Assembly: GCF_009834535.1 (NCBI RefSeq)
Contig: NC_045701.1
Span: 32,488,001-32,552,000 of the forward strand
Length of the DNA: 64,000 nt
DNA from: Camelus ferus
Taxonomy: Eukaryota
Direction: 5' to 3'
Shown here: positions 35,047 to 45,700 of the stretch, one piece after another
Position numbering within the stretch: the stretch's first letter is position 1
Layout: each line of letters starts with the position of its first letter
Notes under the pieces: model-generated
Seen by the model: the letters and a program-made list of their open reading frames with translations, nothing else
What the model was told of the DNA's origin: nothing
Databases searched by the model: none
Made by a program: the position numbers and the translations under genes

Positions 35047-38000
35047 TCAGTACATAGATGGCTTCTCTTCACCCTTTGGGTTGACAATTTTCTCTAGGTT
35101 GCTGCTGATAATATGGTAAAGCTCAGCCTGGAAGAAGGCCAAAGGGCAACAGTCAGGTTCTGGCCTTTCTCCTGCACTCCTCACCCACCTCCCTTAGGGG
35201 CTTATTCCAGACTCACATAGAAGGCCCTCAGGTCCAGCACCATGGCCCTGAGCTCCCCATAGGCTGCCTCATCTCGCTCGTGCACCAGGGCCCGGTAATC
35301 CATCTGGGATGTGGGAGGCAAAGCTGAGTCAGCCCCATGGGAGGTTGGGACGTTAGTCTGGTTTCCTCATATAGGGAATAGGTAACTTGAGGAATCAGTT
35401 TTTCTCAGCACCAAGAAATGGGATCCCACAAGATCAGAGAAAGGGGTCAAGGTTTTTGAAGGCCAAATCAGTTTTCCTAGGCAATACTTTTGGCTTAATA
35501 TTCTCCACATTGGGAAGGTCATAAACAAGATAAGGAGAACCTCTAACCCCCCTTCCTCACCCCACCCCCAGCCAGCCTCAGCTAGAAGGCTGGTGGACTA
35601 TCTACTCACTACATGGGTCTCCTTAGAAGCCTTGGCCACAGCATCCCCACGTTCTGAGAAGTACCTGCAGGAGGCAAGGGGAGGAACCACAGGTATGGAG
35701 ATTAGAGAGAGATACTCCCTCAGACCCTTCCCAAAGTGCCCCCATCATCCCAATGGGAGTGCCCAGCTTTGGGAGTCCCAAGAAATGTCACTGCAGACTC
35801 CTGTGCTGGCCCTCCAGCTGCCCTTACTTGGAAATGGTTGTCTGGAAGGCTTCCACTTTGGTCTTGACTGCATTTACCCTCTCCAGAACCTTTTCCTGTG
35901 GTGATGAGAGAAAACACTTCATCTCCTCCCTCCTTCACTCATGTCTCCCTCCCCCTACCCAGTTCATGTCTAGTTCCTCACTCCCCAAGTCTCTCCCTGC
36001 TCTCAATATCCTCACCCACCCTTTCTTACCTGGATTGCTACCCCAAAGTCATTTCCATCCTCAATTTTGGGGATCAGGTGTTGGATCCATGTGATCACCT
36101 ACATAAAGAGAGATCATGTAGGAACCATTCAATGAACTCTCTTGGTTCTTATTATCGAGGCTTCCTAATAATAGCTACATTTCTCTGAGTACTGATTATG
36201 TGCCAAGCACTCTGCCATGTATTATATATCTCATTTAATCTTCACTGCAACCTTTCAAGGTATATATTATTACTATATCCACTTAACAGATTTAAAAAAC
36301 TGAGTCACAGAATGTCTAAGTGACTCATGCAAGGTAACCAGTTAGGTTAAGTGTTAGAGTCAGGCTTTGAACCAAGGCAGTCTCCCTTTAGGGCCCAAGC
36401 CCTTAAACCAACTCACTGCAGTGTGTACCCAGTACAGCAGTAGGTTCTGAGGTTATGGAGATGGATGCAGCACAGTCTGATTTGGGGAACACCACTGTGA
36501 TACCAGAGGTCTAATAGAAGGAGGAGAACAAAAGGCATCTACCCCCAAGGCACTGAAGGAAGCTTCCTATTTTGGGAACAGGTTCCTGAATGAAGGACTT
36601 GCATCTCTGAAAGAGACCAGGGCCTGGCCTTGCTTGTCTTCTCTATTTCCCCCAGTTCCCAGGCTTACCAGAATGCATTTTTCTTTGAGAGTCCAGACTT
36701 CTGGCTTAATCAGAGTAAGCAGGGCCAGGACCTTCTCATTCCCAGGAAGGAAGCCGCACTTAGGGACTGTGGGAAAGAAGGAATTTAGACCTCTCCTCAT
36801 CCATCAGTTAATGTGCCATTTCCCTTTCCCCATCCACCCCTTCCTCTCTTACCTTCTTTCTTCTCCTGTTTATCCGTTTCCATCTAAGACAAAAAGTGGG
36901 AGAGTAGCTTTAGATGAGTCATGGAAGTTGGAAAGACCATCATCAACACTAGGTTTAGAGTTGGAGCCCCACACCCTGGGTGCCTCACCTCATCATCCTT
37001 GGGTGGAGGGTCTGGGATGGGGATGTCCAGTGGGCCCCGGAGAGAAGTCAGGTCAGTCACATTGAGGGAGTCCTCCTGCACAGACCTCACTGTCAGGGCT
37101 GCCTAGCATCTTCCCCTCATCCCAAGTCACATCCCTCCATACAGCCCACCCGCCCTCTGCCTCCCAACCTAGGCTCAGGCCTCACACTATCCAGCTGTTC
37201 CCAGGCCACCATGGGAAATTGTTCTCTGCATTCTGGGCCCAGCTGTTAGCTAGAGAGGGTGGATGTAGAGGAGAGAAGCCGTGGGATGGGCCAGAGGGGT
37301 CCACACTACTCACCTGCAAGAGCTGATTCAGGTATATGATTTTCTGAGGCAAGAATCTGTAGAGGAATTCCTCAGCCTGTGGGTTACATTGCAAGGGTGG
37401 GAATCACAGAAGACCCTCAATGAGATGTCTGGGAAGTGGGACTGGAAGGGCCCTTGGAAATCATTGAATCCAACACTTACAAATGAGGAAACTGAAGCCC
37501 TGAAAAGTGAAGGGACTTGCCCAAGCTGGGGAGCGGCAGCACCAAGGTTTGATCTGCAGTATTACTGCTTTGAGGCCACAGCTTTTCCCTCCACACCAAA
37601 AGAGGGGAGAGGAAGTGGTGGAAGTGGGGAAAGTATTAATCAAAGTAAAGGTAGAGATCAATAATTAGTTTATCTTGGGTGGAGGTTTGGATAAGCGAAG
37701 AGCCCTGGTGGAAAGTGGGTTTAGGGGTCATTCTGAGAAGTTGCAACCCTCCAGTACTGATCTTAGATTCTGGGTCAAATCGCTAGAATCCAGAAGACTT
37801 ACCTCCTGGAAAAGATTTTGCCTGAAGACATCCACCTGCACAGAGAACAGTACCCAGATGTTGGTTAAGGGTCTCAGTTGTCCAGAGTAAGATCCCACTC
37901 CCAGTGGGATGCCCTCCAACTTCGGTCAGGCCTTTCCTACCACAAGCCAGATTTCCCTGAAAACCCATGCTCAGTGCAGAGACTGGCCAGAGGGCAGGAA

Positions 38001-38192
38001 TCTGAGAGTTCCCAGGCAGAAGTGAAAGCACTTAAAGAGATTGGGAGATTGCTCTGGCACGGCCTTGGTCCTCTGGAGCACACAGTTTGGCCTCCATTCT
38101 GGAGGGCTCCCCGGCCCCTTCCTGGCCTCCTGGTCCCCCATTACCTGTTTGCGGGCTTCCCCGCTCAGGCGCACCCCACAAGGTTTGGCCAT
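35047..38192 (-). CDS. PSME2: Proteasome activator subunit 2 (PA28beta), 239 aa
   Basis: Exons on minus: 38192-38145, 37835-37803, 37376-37314, 37075-36989, 36883-36853, 36766-36669, 36098-36030, 35895-35828, 35664-35610, 35303-35217, 35127-35047 = 720 nt, [20 protein letters not shown]...[11 protein letters not shown]...KGEEKPSMY*. Confidence 0.98.
36170..36410 (-). mobile_element. MIR SINE remnant, PSME2 intron
   Basis: gagtactgattatgtgccaagcac...catttaatcttcactgcaacc...ttaacagatttaaaaaactgagtcacagaatgtctaagtgactcatgcaagg...gtcaggctttgaacc. Confidence 0.7.
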
Positions 38193-39700
38193 GCTGCTCC
38201 AGTTGCTGCTAGATCGCCGGTCTTCCCTTTCGCCGCCTGGGCTTTCGCTTTCACTCACCACGTCCAGGCCCGCCCCCCTCAACCCCGCCCCCTTCCTTCT
38301 TTTCCCCCTCCCCCTGACAGGCTGCAAACCGTTGGGAGCCCCTCAGCCATTCTCGGCCTATGTGACTAAGAGAGGCGGTGCTGACTCGGTCACAAGCCCA
38401 GGGGCTGTCCGGGGGAGGGGCTAGGATAAGTGGGACCGCTTAGACTGAACAGGGGCTGCCCCTTGGGGAAGAGGCGGGGCTTACAGGGAGGGGCGAGGAC
38501 CGTCCAGGGGATGTCGAGGGTTGGGGTGAGAGGGGTGGGAGAATGGGAAGGGGGTTGTTCAGTGGTGGGCCCCCCCTGGAAGGCTCATTTGCTGTGAGAG
38601 AGCAGAGAAGGATCAGAGTGGAAGAAGTAGTAGGAGGGAGAAGGGATAGTAGGATGTGGAAGGGAGCTGGCGCGGGGGTTTCCTCCCGGAGGGATCCCTG
38701 CTTTCAAGACCGACTGGAGAAGAGCCTTGAGTGGGGCTCAAGCCGGCGAGAGTTGAGTCCCCGGCTGAGAGGGATTTCCCCAGTGGGGTTCGGGTAGAGG
38801 AGGGCTTTGAGGTAAATTTAAAAAACCCCACACCTGGGGCTATCCGTAAAGAGGTGGAATCAGCCTGGACGAAGGAGGGGAAAAGAGCTAGAACAGAGCG
38901 TAAAGCCTAGATACTCTGGGGGAGGAGCCAGAGGCTATCTACCCTTCTCATTGGCTGGGACCCTCCTGACCACGCCCCTACCTTCTTGACCCCACCCTTC
39001 TTTAAGCTTAACCCCCTCCTTTTCCGCTGAAACTGGGTCGCAATCCCGCCCTCTTTCCTATTACTTCCTGTTCCCGCTAACCCTGGCGTGGGGCCCGGGG
39101 CCGTAGAGTGACAGTGGCTTGAGTGACCTGGGTCGTCCGCGACAACCGAGTCGGGTTGCGAAGCCAGACCCCAGCGCTCGGGGCGACGCTTGGGCCTCGC
39201 ACAGACTGCGCGGGGTCCCAGCGGGCAGTGGGCTGGGGCTGACTCCTGTCTCAGGATGCTGGGGGAGGAGGAGGAGCGGGCCTTCCTGGCAGCCCGCGAG
39301 GAGTTGGCGAGCGCCTTGAGAAGGGATTCCGGGCAGACGTTTTCGCTAGAGCAGCTCCGGCCTCTACTGGTCACCTCTCTGCCGCCAGCAGCCCGCTACA
39401 TGCAGCTGGACGCTGCACGCCTGGTCCGCTGCAACGCTCATAGGGAGGTGAGGCCTGCTCGGGAGGGGGCAGAGGACCTGAGGCCAGGCCGGGGCTCACA
39501 GTTCTCTCTGTTCTCTGACTGCTTCCAGCCCCAAAACTACCTCAACATCCTCTCCACGGCCCTGAACATCCTGGAGAAATACGGCCGCAACCTCCTCAGC
39601 CCTCAGCGGCCCCGGTACTGGCGCGGGGTTAAGTTTAATAACCCTGTTTTTCGCAGTACAGTGGATTCTGTGCAGGTGAAGCCCCTGGGCCCCTTATGGC
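38130..39700. promoter_or_regulatory. Head-to-head PSME2/RNF31 CpG-island promoter
   Basis: ATGs 1064 bp apart. IRF element GCTTTCGCTTTCACT 38241-38255; kB-consensus sites GGGGGTTTCC 38674-38683 and GGGATTTCCC 38771-38780; ATTGG near 38950; ETS-like ACTTCCTG near 39063. Confidence 0.8.
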
Positions 39701-42700
39701 AGAAGGGGACTTAGCCTGGGATAGGGGTTGGCTAGAAAGGGCCGGAGGCTGTGCTGAATCGGGAGGGGTCAAGCCCTATTGAGAAGGGGGCCCACTTCGG
39801 TGACTGGTTTGAATGTGTGGCAGGGGGGCCGGGATGTTCTGCGATTATATGGCTACACAGAGGAGCAGCCAGATGGGTTGAGCTTCCCTGAGGGGCAGGA
39901 GGAGCCAGATGAGCACCAGGTCGCTGCAGTCACACTGGAAGTACTGCTGCTTCGGACAGAGCTCAGCCTGCTCTTACAGGTGAGGTACTTCTAGTTTTGA
40001 GGACTTAAGCACCAGGGCTGGGGAGCCCAGCCTAATAACAAAGCCAGTCTGGGGACCCCCATGCTGCCAAACCATGGGCTTAGTCCCGACAGTAACTTGG
40101 GAACTCCTTGTACTTTTCTCCCTGAGAATGTTGGGGGACCAGGGCTTTGAAGGAGGGCTTTGTTCTAGGGCTCTAAGTGGGGACTCTTGTTTGCAGAATA
40201 TTCATCCAAAACCACAAGCACTGGAGCAGCTGCTGAAAGACAAGGTTGAAGATGATGTAAGAAAGGCAGGGATGGGGCTCGGCTCAAGGGACTGGTGAAC
40301 AAAGGGGACAGGTGGGCCTGTGTCCGCAAGCCCTTGCTTAGTCCCTGCCCTTTATCCTCAGACACTGCAGCTCTCAGAGTTTGCCCCCTTACTGAGAGAG
40401 ATTGCTCCTGGCCACCTCACCATACCCTCTGTCCAAGGTATTATTGGCCTGTAATGGGGGGAGGAGGTACTAGTAGATTATTTGATGGAAATGTCCTCTA
40501 TCTTCTTGGTTATCTTCCTTTCTTTTTAAAAAGAGATTAAAAGTGTTTCCTTGGGTTGAAAAGATATGCTGGAAAGTAATCTGTGATTTGGCCCCCGACA
40601 CAGCAGATTCAGATGTAACCTGATCTTTTTCAGAAAGATGTTCTATTCTTCCTCTCCTGCTCTCCAGGCCCCACTCCTGGTCCCTGCTTCCTCTGTGGTT
40701 CTGCCCCAGGCACACTGCACTGCTCAGCCTGTAAACAGGCCTTGTGCCCAACCTGTGATCGCCTGTTCCATGGACACCCAGACCGTGCCCACCACCTCCG
40801 CCAGACTCTGCCTGGGGTCCCCCAGGTCACCCACCTGACTCCCAGGTGAGAGGCCTTCTTTTCTAGGTGAGAGCAAAATTGAGAGAACTTAATATTGCTT
40901 AACGATCTATTGTGTGCTGGATTCTGTGCTGAAAACGTTTCATAGAGGGCAAGCAGCCAGTTACTGCCCTCCGTGACATCATAGACATATGTATCAAGCA
41001 AGTAGCAATCACAGCAAGATAGATTATTATGGTGTGCAAATAGATAGTAGGAGGATGCAACCTAGTCAGAAGGATCAGCTCAATTATCAGTATTTTAAGC
41101 ATCTGTTAGGGATATTTACCAGCCAGATATGAACTTGAAGCTGTCATGTTAATGTCGAACAGGCTCTGGGTATGGGAGTCTTCTAGACAGAACAACATGT
41201 GCAAAGGCCAGAGCTATATGTTGTCATGCAGGGAATGAGGGAAGGGACCCACGCACCAGGGACAGGGGCCCCCCTCAGCAGGCCATGTCTGGTTTTCTGT
41301 TACAGCTTACCTGCCTCAGCTCCGCCACGGCCTCAGTCAGCCTCCCTCCTGGCCCTGGGAGACAGCTCTCTTTCTTCCCCTGATCCTGCAAGTGCCCATC
41401 TGCCCTGGCACTGTTCCTCCTGTGCCATGCTAAATGAACCTGGGGCAGTACTCTGTGTGGCCTGTGATCGGCCCCGAGGCTGTAAGGGGTTGGGACTGGG
41501 GATCGAGGGTCCCCGAGGAGCTGGGGGCCTAGAACCTGAGCTTGCCCGGGGTCACTGGGCCTGCCAGAGCTGCACCTTTGAAAATGAGGCGGCAGCTGTG
41601 CTGTGTGCCATATGTGAGCGACCTCGGCTGGCTCAGCCTCCTAGCTTGGTGGTGGATTCTCAGGATGCTGGTATTTGCCTGCAGCCCCTTCAGGTAACCT
41701 GTTCCTGGCCTTCCCAGCTCTTTATTTGCACTCGCTGCAACAAGTCATTCTCTACTTCCTCATCCCGTTTTCCTTCAGTCCCCTGATATCTTCGCCCCAG
41801 CTTCCTATATTTCCATCTTGAGCCTCAGCCAGCCTTCAGTGGGATAATTCTTTCTGCCTTCCCAGCAGGGGGATACTTTGCTCTCTTCTGCCCAGACTCC
41901 AGTGTGGTACTGTATTCACTGTACCTTCTGCAACTCGGGCCCTGGCTGGGTGTGTGCTATGTGCAACCGGACCAGCAGCCCCATCCCAGCACAGCACACC
42001 CCCCGGCCCCATGCCAGCTCTTTGGAAGAGCGACTCCCCGAACCAGGGCCTCCACGACGCTTCAGTGGCCCTCTGCCCAGTTCCTGTGGGGACTCTGAGA
42101 AGCAGCGCCAAGACAAGATGCGGGAGGAAGGTCTCCAGCTAGTGATCAAGATCCGGGTGAGGATTTGGGCCTGGCACAAGCTGGGGGTGGGGTGGAGAGG
42201 CTGCACTTGGTTGAAACAAGTTCTCATGAAACCTGTCATTGTTAGCAGTAGCTGCCTCTTATTGAATACTTCTCCCATGACAGGTGTCCTGCTGGGCACT
42301 GCTCACATGATCCATAGTCTGAGCTCAAGCACTGTAAGCATTTTGGTTCGGGCTGAGGCTGGGTGGAAGGTGCCCTTCCTGATGAGCCCTCTGGGTGGGA
42401 CTGTGCCTTAGGAAGGGGAAGCTGGAGGCGCCAGTCCAGAGGAGGTCTTCTCGGCTCTGCAGTACTCAGGCACTGAGGTGCCCCTACAGTGGCTGCGTTC
42501 AGAGCTGCCCTATGTGCTGGAGATGGTGGCTGACCTGGCTGGACAGCAAGACCCAGAGCTGGGTGCCTTTTCCTGTCAGGAGGCCCGGAAAGCCTGGCTG
42601 GACCGTCACGGCAATCTTGATGAAGCCGTGGAAGAGTGTGTGAGGGCCCGGAGGAGGAAGGTAGTAGCAGCTGTCCTGGAGGTGGGGCATGGTTGAGGGT

Positions 42701-45700
42701 TGTGGATTTCAGAGCTTCTCACACACTTGCTTTTTCCCTCTTCACTCCTCCTCGCCATTCCCGACTCACAGGTGCAGGAGCTCCAGTCCCTGGGCTTTGG
42801 GCCTGAGGAGGGGTCTCTTCAAGCTTTGTTCCAACACGGGGGTGACGTGGCCCGGGCCCTGACTGAGCTACAGCGCCAGCGCCTAGAACCTTTCCATCAG
42901 CGCCTCTGGGACAGTGGCCCTGAGCCCGCCCCTTCCTGGGATGGGCCAGATAAGCAGGTGCTGGTAGGAGGTGAAGAGCCCACTTAGTGGGGCAGAGGGC
43001 AGGCCGATGGGTAGGATCCCTGGGGTCTGACAGCCATTTCTTCCCTCGCCACCTGAATCACGTTGCAGAGCCTGATCCGACGGCTTTTGGCAGTCCATGC
43101 CCTCCCTAGCTGGGGCCGGGCAGAGCTGGCGCTGTCGCTGCTGCAGGAGACACCTAGGAACTATGAATTGGGGGATGTGGTAGAAGCTGTGAGACAGAGC
43201 CAGGACCGGGCCTTCCTGCGCCGCTTACTCGCCCAGGAGTGTGCCGTGTGCAGCTGGGCCCTGCCCCGCAACCGGGTAAGCCCTCCCCACTGCCCCTGGC
43301 CTTAGAATTGCTCTGTTCCCTTTGGATCCCCACCCTACCCCAGCCCCCACCTCTGGTCTTGTCTTTTGCTCTGTAGTTGCCCACTTCCCCCTGAAGGCTT
43401 CTGGGAAGGGAAGGGCAGGAATAGGCTACTTTCCTCTCTCTCTTTTTTTTTTTAATGTTCTATCATGGGAATTTCAAATATGCAATAGTAGAGAAAACTG
43501 TGTGACAGATTCCCTCCTTGGTGGGGTAGGAGATAGCTTAGTGATAGAGTGCATGCTTAGTATGCATGATGTCCTGGGTTCATTCCCCAGTACCTCCATT
43601 TAAATAAGTAAGTAAATAAATCAATCCCAATTACCTACCTACCTCCAAAAAAAAAAAAAAAGAAAACAACAAAACAAATTCCCTCCTCCACACTCCCCCC
43701 AAGCCCCACCACCATGGATTCAACCAATTATCAATTGTATGGCCAAGCTTTATTTCACCTACATACACAGAGGACTATTTTGAAGCAAATCTCAGACATC
43801 AGACAGTTTATCTGTAATATTTCAGTATGTATCTGTATAAGATAAAACTCTTTGAAAATATAGCCACAAATACCATTGTCACACCAAAAAAGATTAACAG
43901 TTATTCTTTAATATCATCATCAAATACTCAGTTGGTAGGAATAGGCCCCTCTTATCTCCTAATCCCCTACTTACCCTAGGTCAGAATTGGCAGTTCTTGG
44001 GCCAAATACAGCCCAATTTAGTTAGACTAGCTCTGTATGTTTTTTGTTTTTACTCTTTATTTGAAAATAATTGTAGATTCATAAGAAGTTGTAAAAATAG
44101 TAGAGTCCTGTACCTTTCACCCACCTTCTCCCAATGGTGACATCTTATATAACCGTAGTGCAATATTAAGGCCAAGAAATAGACATTGATACAATGTCAG
44201 CTTGTTGCAGACCTTGTTCATTTTGTGCATGAACGTGTATGTGTGTAGTTCTATGCAATTTTTCCCCATGTATAGATTCATGTAAGCACAATTTTTCCCC
44301 ATGTATAGATTCATGTAAGCACCACCACAGTCAAGATACCACAAGGGAACCCCCTGGTGCCACTGCTTTATAGTTGCAACCTTCTTCCCTTCCTCCTGTC
44401 ACATAGCAACCGCTAGTCCATTCTCCATCTCTGTAGTTTTGTCATTTCAGGCATGTTGTTTGTGCTTTTGCTTTTAATTAAATGTGGATGGCCTTAGAGG
44501 GCGTTCTTCCATTTACCTTAGGTCTCACTATTGTCTGGTTTTTTCCATCTGACGGTCTTCAAACATTTAGGTTGCCTGCCTGGCACTTGTTGGCATTTGA
44601 GGTTGCTATTCCTGCCCCATTGTTAATTAGACCCTGGTTTCTCAGCAGACACTGGCTACTGCCCCTTCCCCAGCGGCAGTTATAGCTTCTGACTCCCCGC
44701 TCCCCTCCACCAGATGCAGGCCCTGACCTCCTGTGAGTGCACCATCTGTCCCGACTGCTTCCGCCAGCACTTCACCATCGCCTTGAAGGAGAAGCACATC
44801 ACAGACATGGTGTGCCCTGCCTGTGGCCGCCCTGACCTCACTGATGACACGCAGTTACTCAGCTACTTCTCCACCCTTGACATCCAGGTACTGCAGTCCC
44901 TAGGACTCAGGGTGACCTGGGCTTTGAACAGGAACCTTGCCCACCCACCCTTTCTGCAACGTGTCCCCAGCTTCGAGAGAGCCTAGAGCCAGATGCCTAT
45001 GCACTGTTCCACAAGAAGCTGACCGAAGGTGTGCTCATGCGGGACCCCAAGTTCTTGTGGTGTGCCCGGGTAAGTGGCCTACCCGGCAGGGCTGACCACA
45101 GGGGTAGGGAGTGGTGCCTGGTCAGGCCTCAGACAGCTTTATGCTCCTGCACCCACAGTGCTCCTTTGGCTTCATATATGAGCGTGAGCAGCTGGAGGCA
45201 ACATGTCCCCAGTGTCACCAGACCTTCTGCGTGCGCTGTAAGCGCCAGGTGAGGCACATCCATCCTTTCGGAAACACCTGCTGAGCCCTTGGCAGGTACT
45301 GTGTTAGAGTTGGGGTTTGCTGGAGAACAGAACAGATGCATGCTGTGGGCTCTAGAGCTTACAGACTAGTCAGGGAGGGAGGGAGGGGGAAGGAGGAGGG
45401 AAGAGAGGAAGAGGGAATGGAGGGAGGGAGGGAGGGAGGGAGACCGAGCATAATTAGACCGAGCCATAAATTCTATGAAGAAAACAAATAGGAAACTGAA
45501 GTTAGGAGTCACAGAATGGACCTACCTAGTGCATAGAATAGAGAGGTCAGGTAAGTCTTCTATAAAACGGTTTGGTTTAAGCTCAAGCCTGAAAGTTAAG
45601 AAGAAGCCAACTATGCAGAGAGTATTTGGGACAGAAAGAACAACACATGGAAAGGCCAAAGTCAGGAAAAAAGCCTTGTGTGGCTGGAGCCTCGAGAGCC

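Noticed and set aside
37731-37739. Isolated GAS-like TTCnnnGAA sites (also 51763)
   Set aside because: About 15 are expected by chance; only the IRF9 site next to an ISRE was kept.
38193-38327. 45-aa in-frame N-terminal extension of PSME2 (and 8-aa extension of EMC9 from 33618)
   Set aside because: The upstream PSME2 ATG lies beyond the IRF element in probable promoter DNA; there is no support for either extension.
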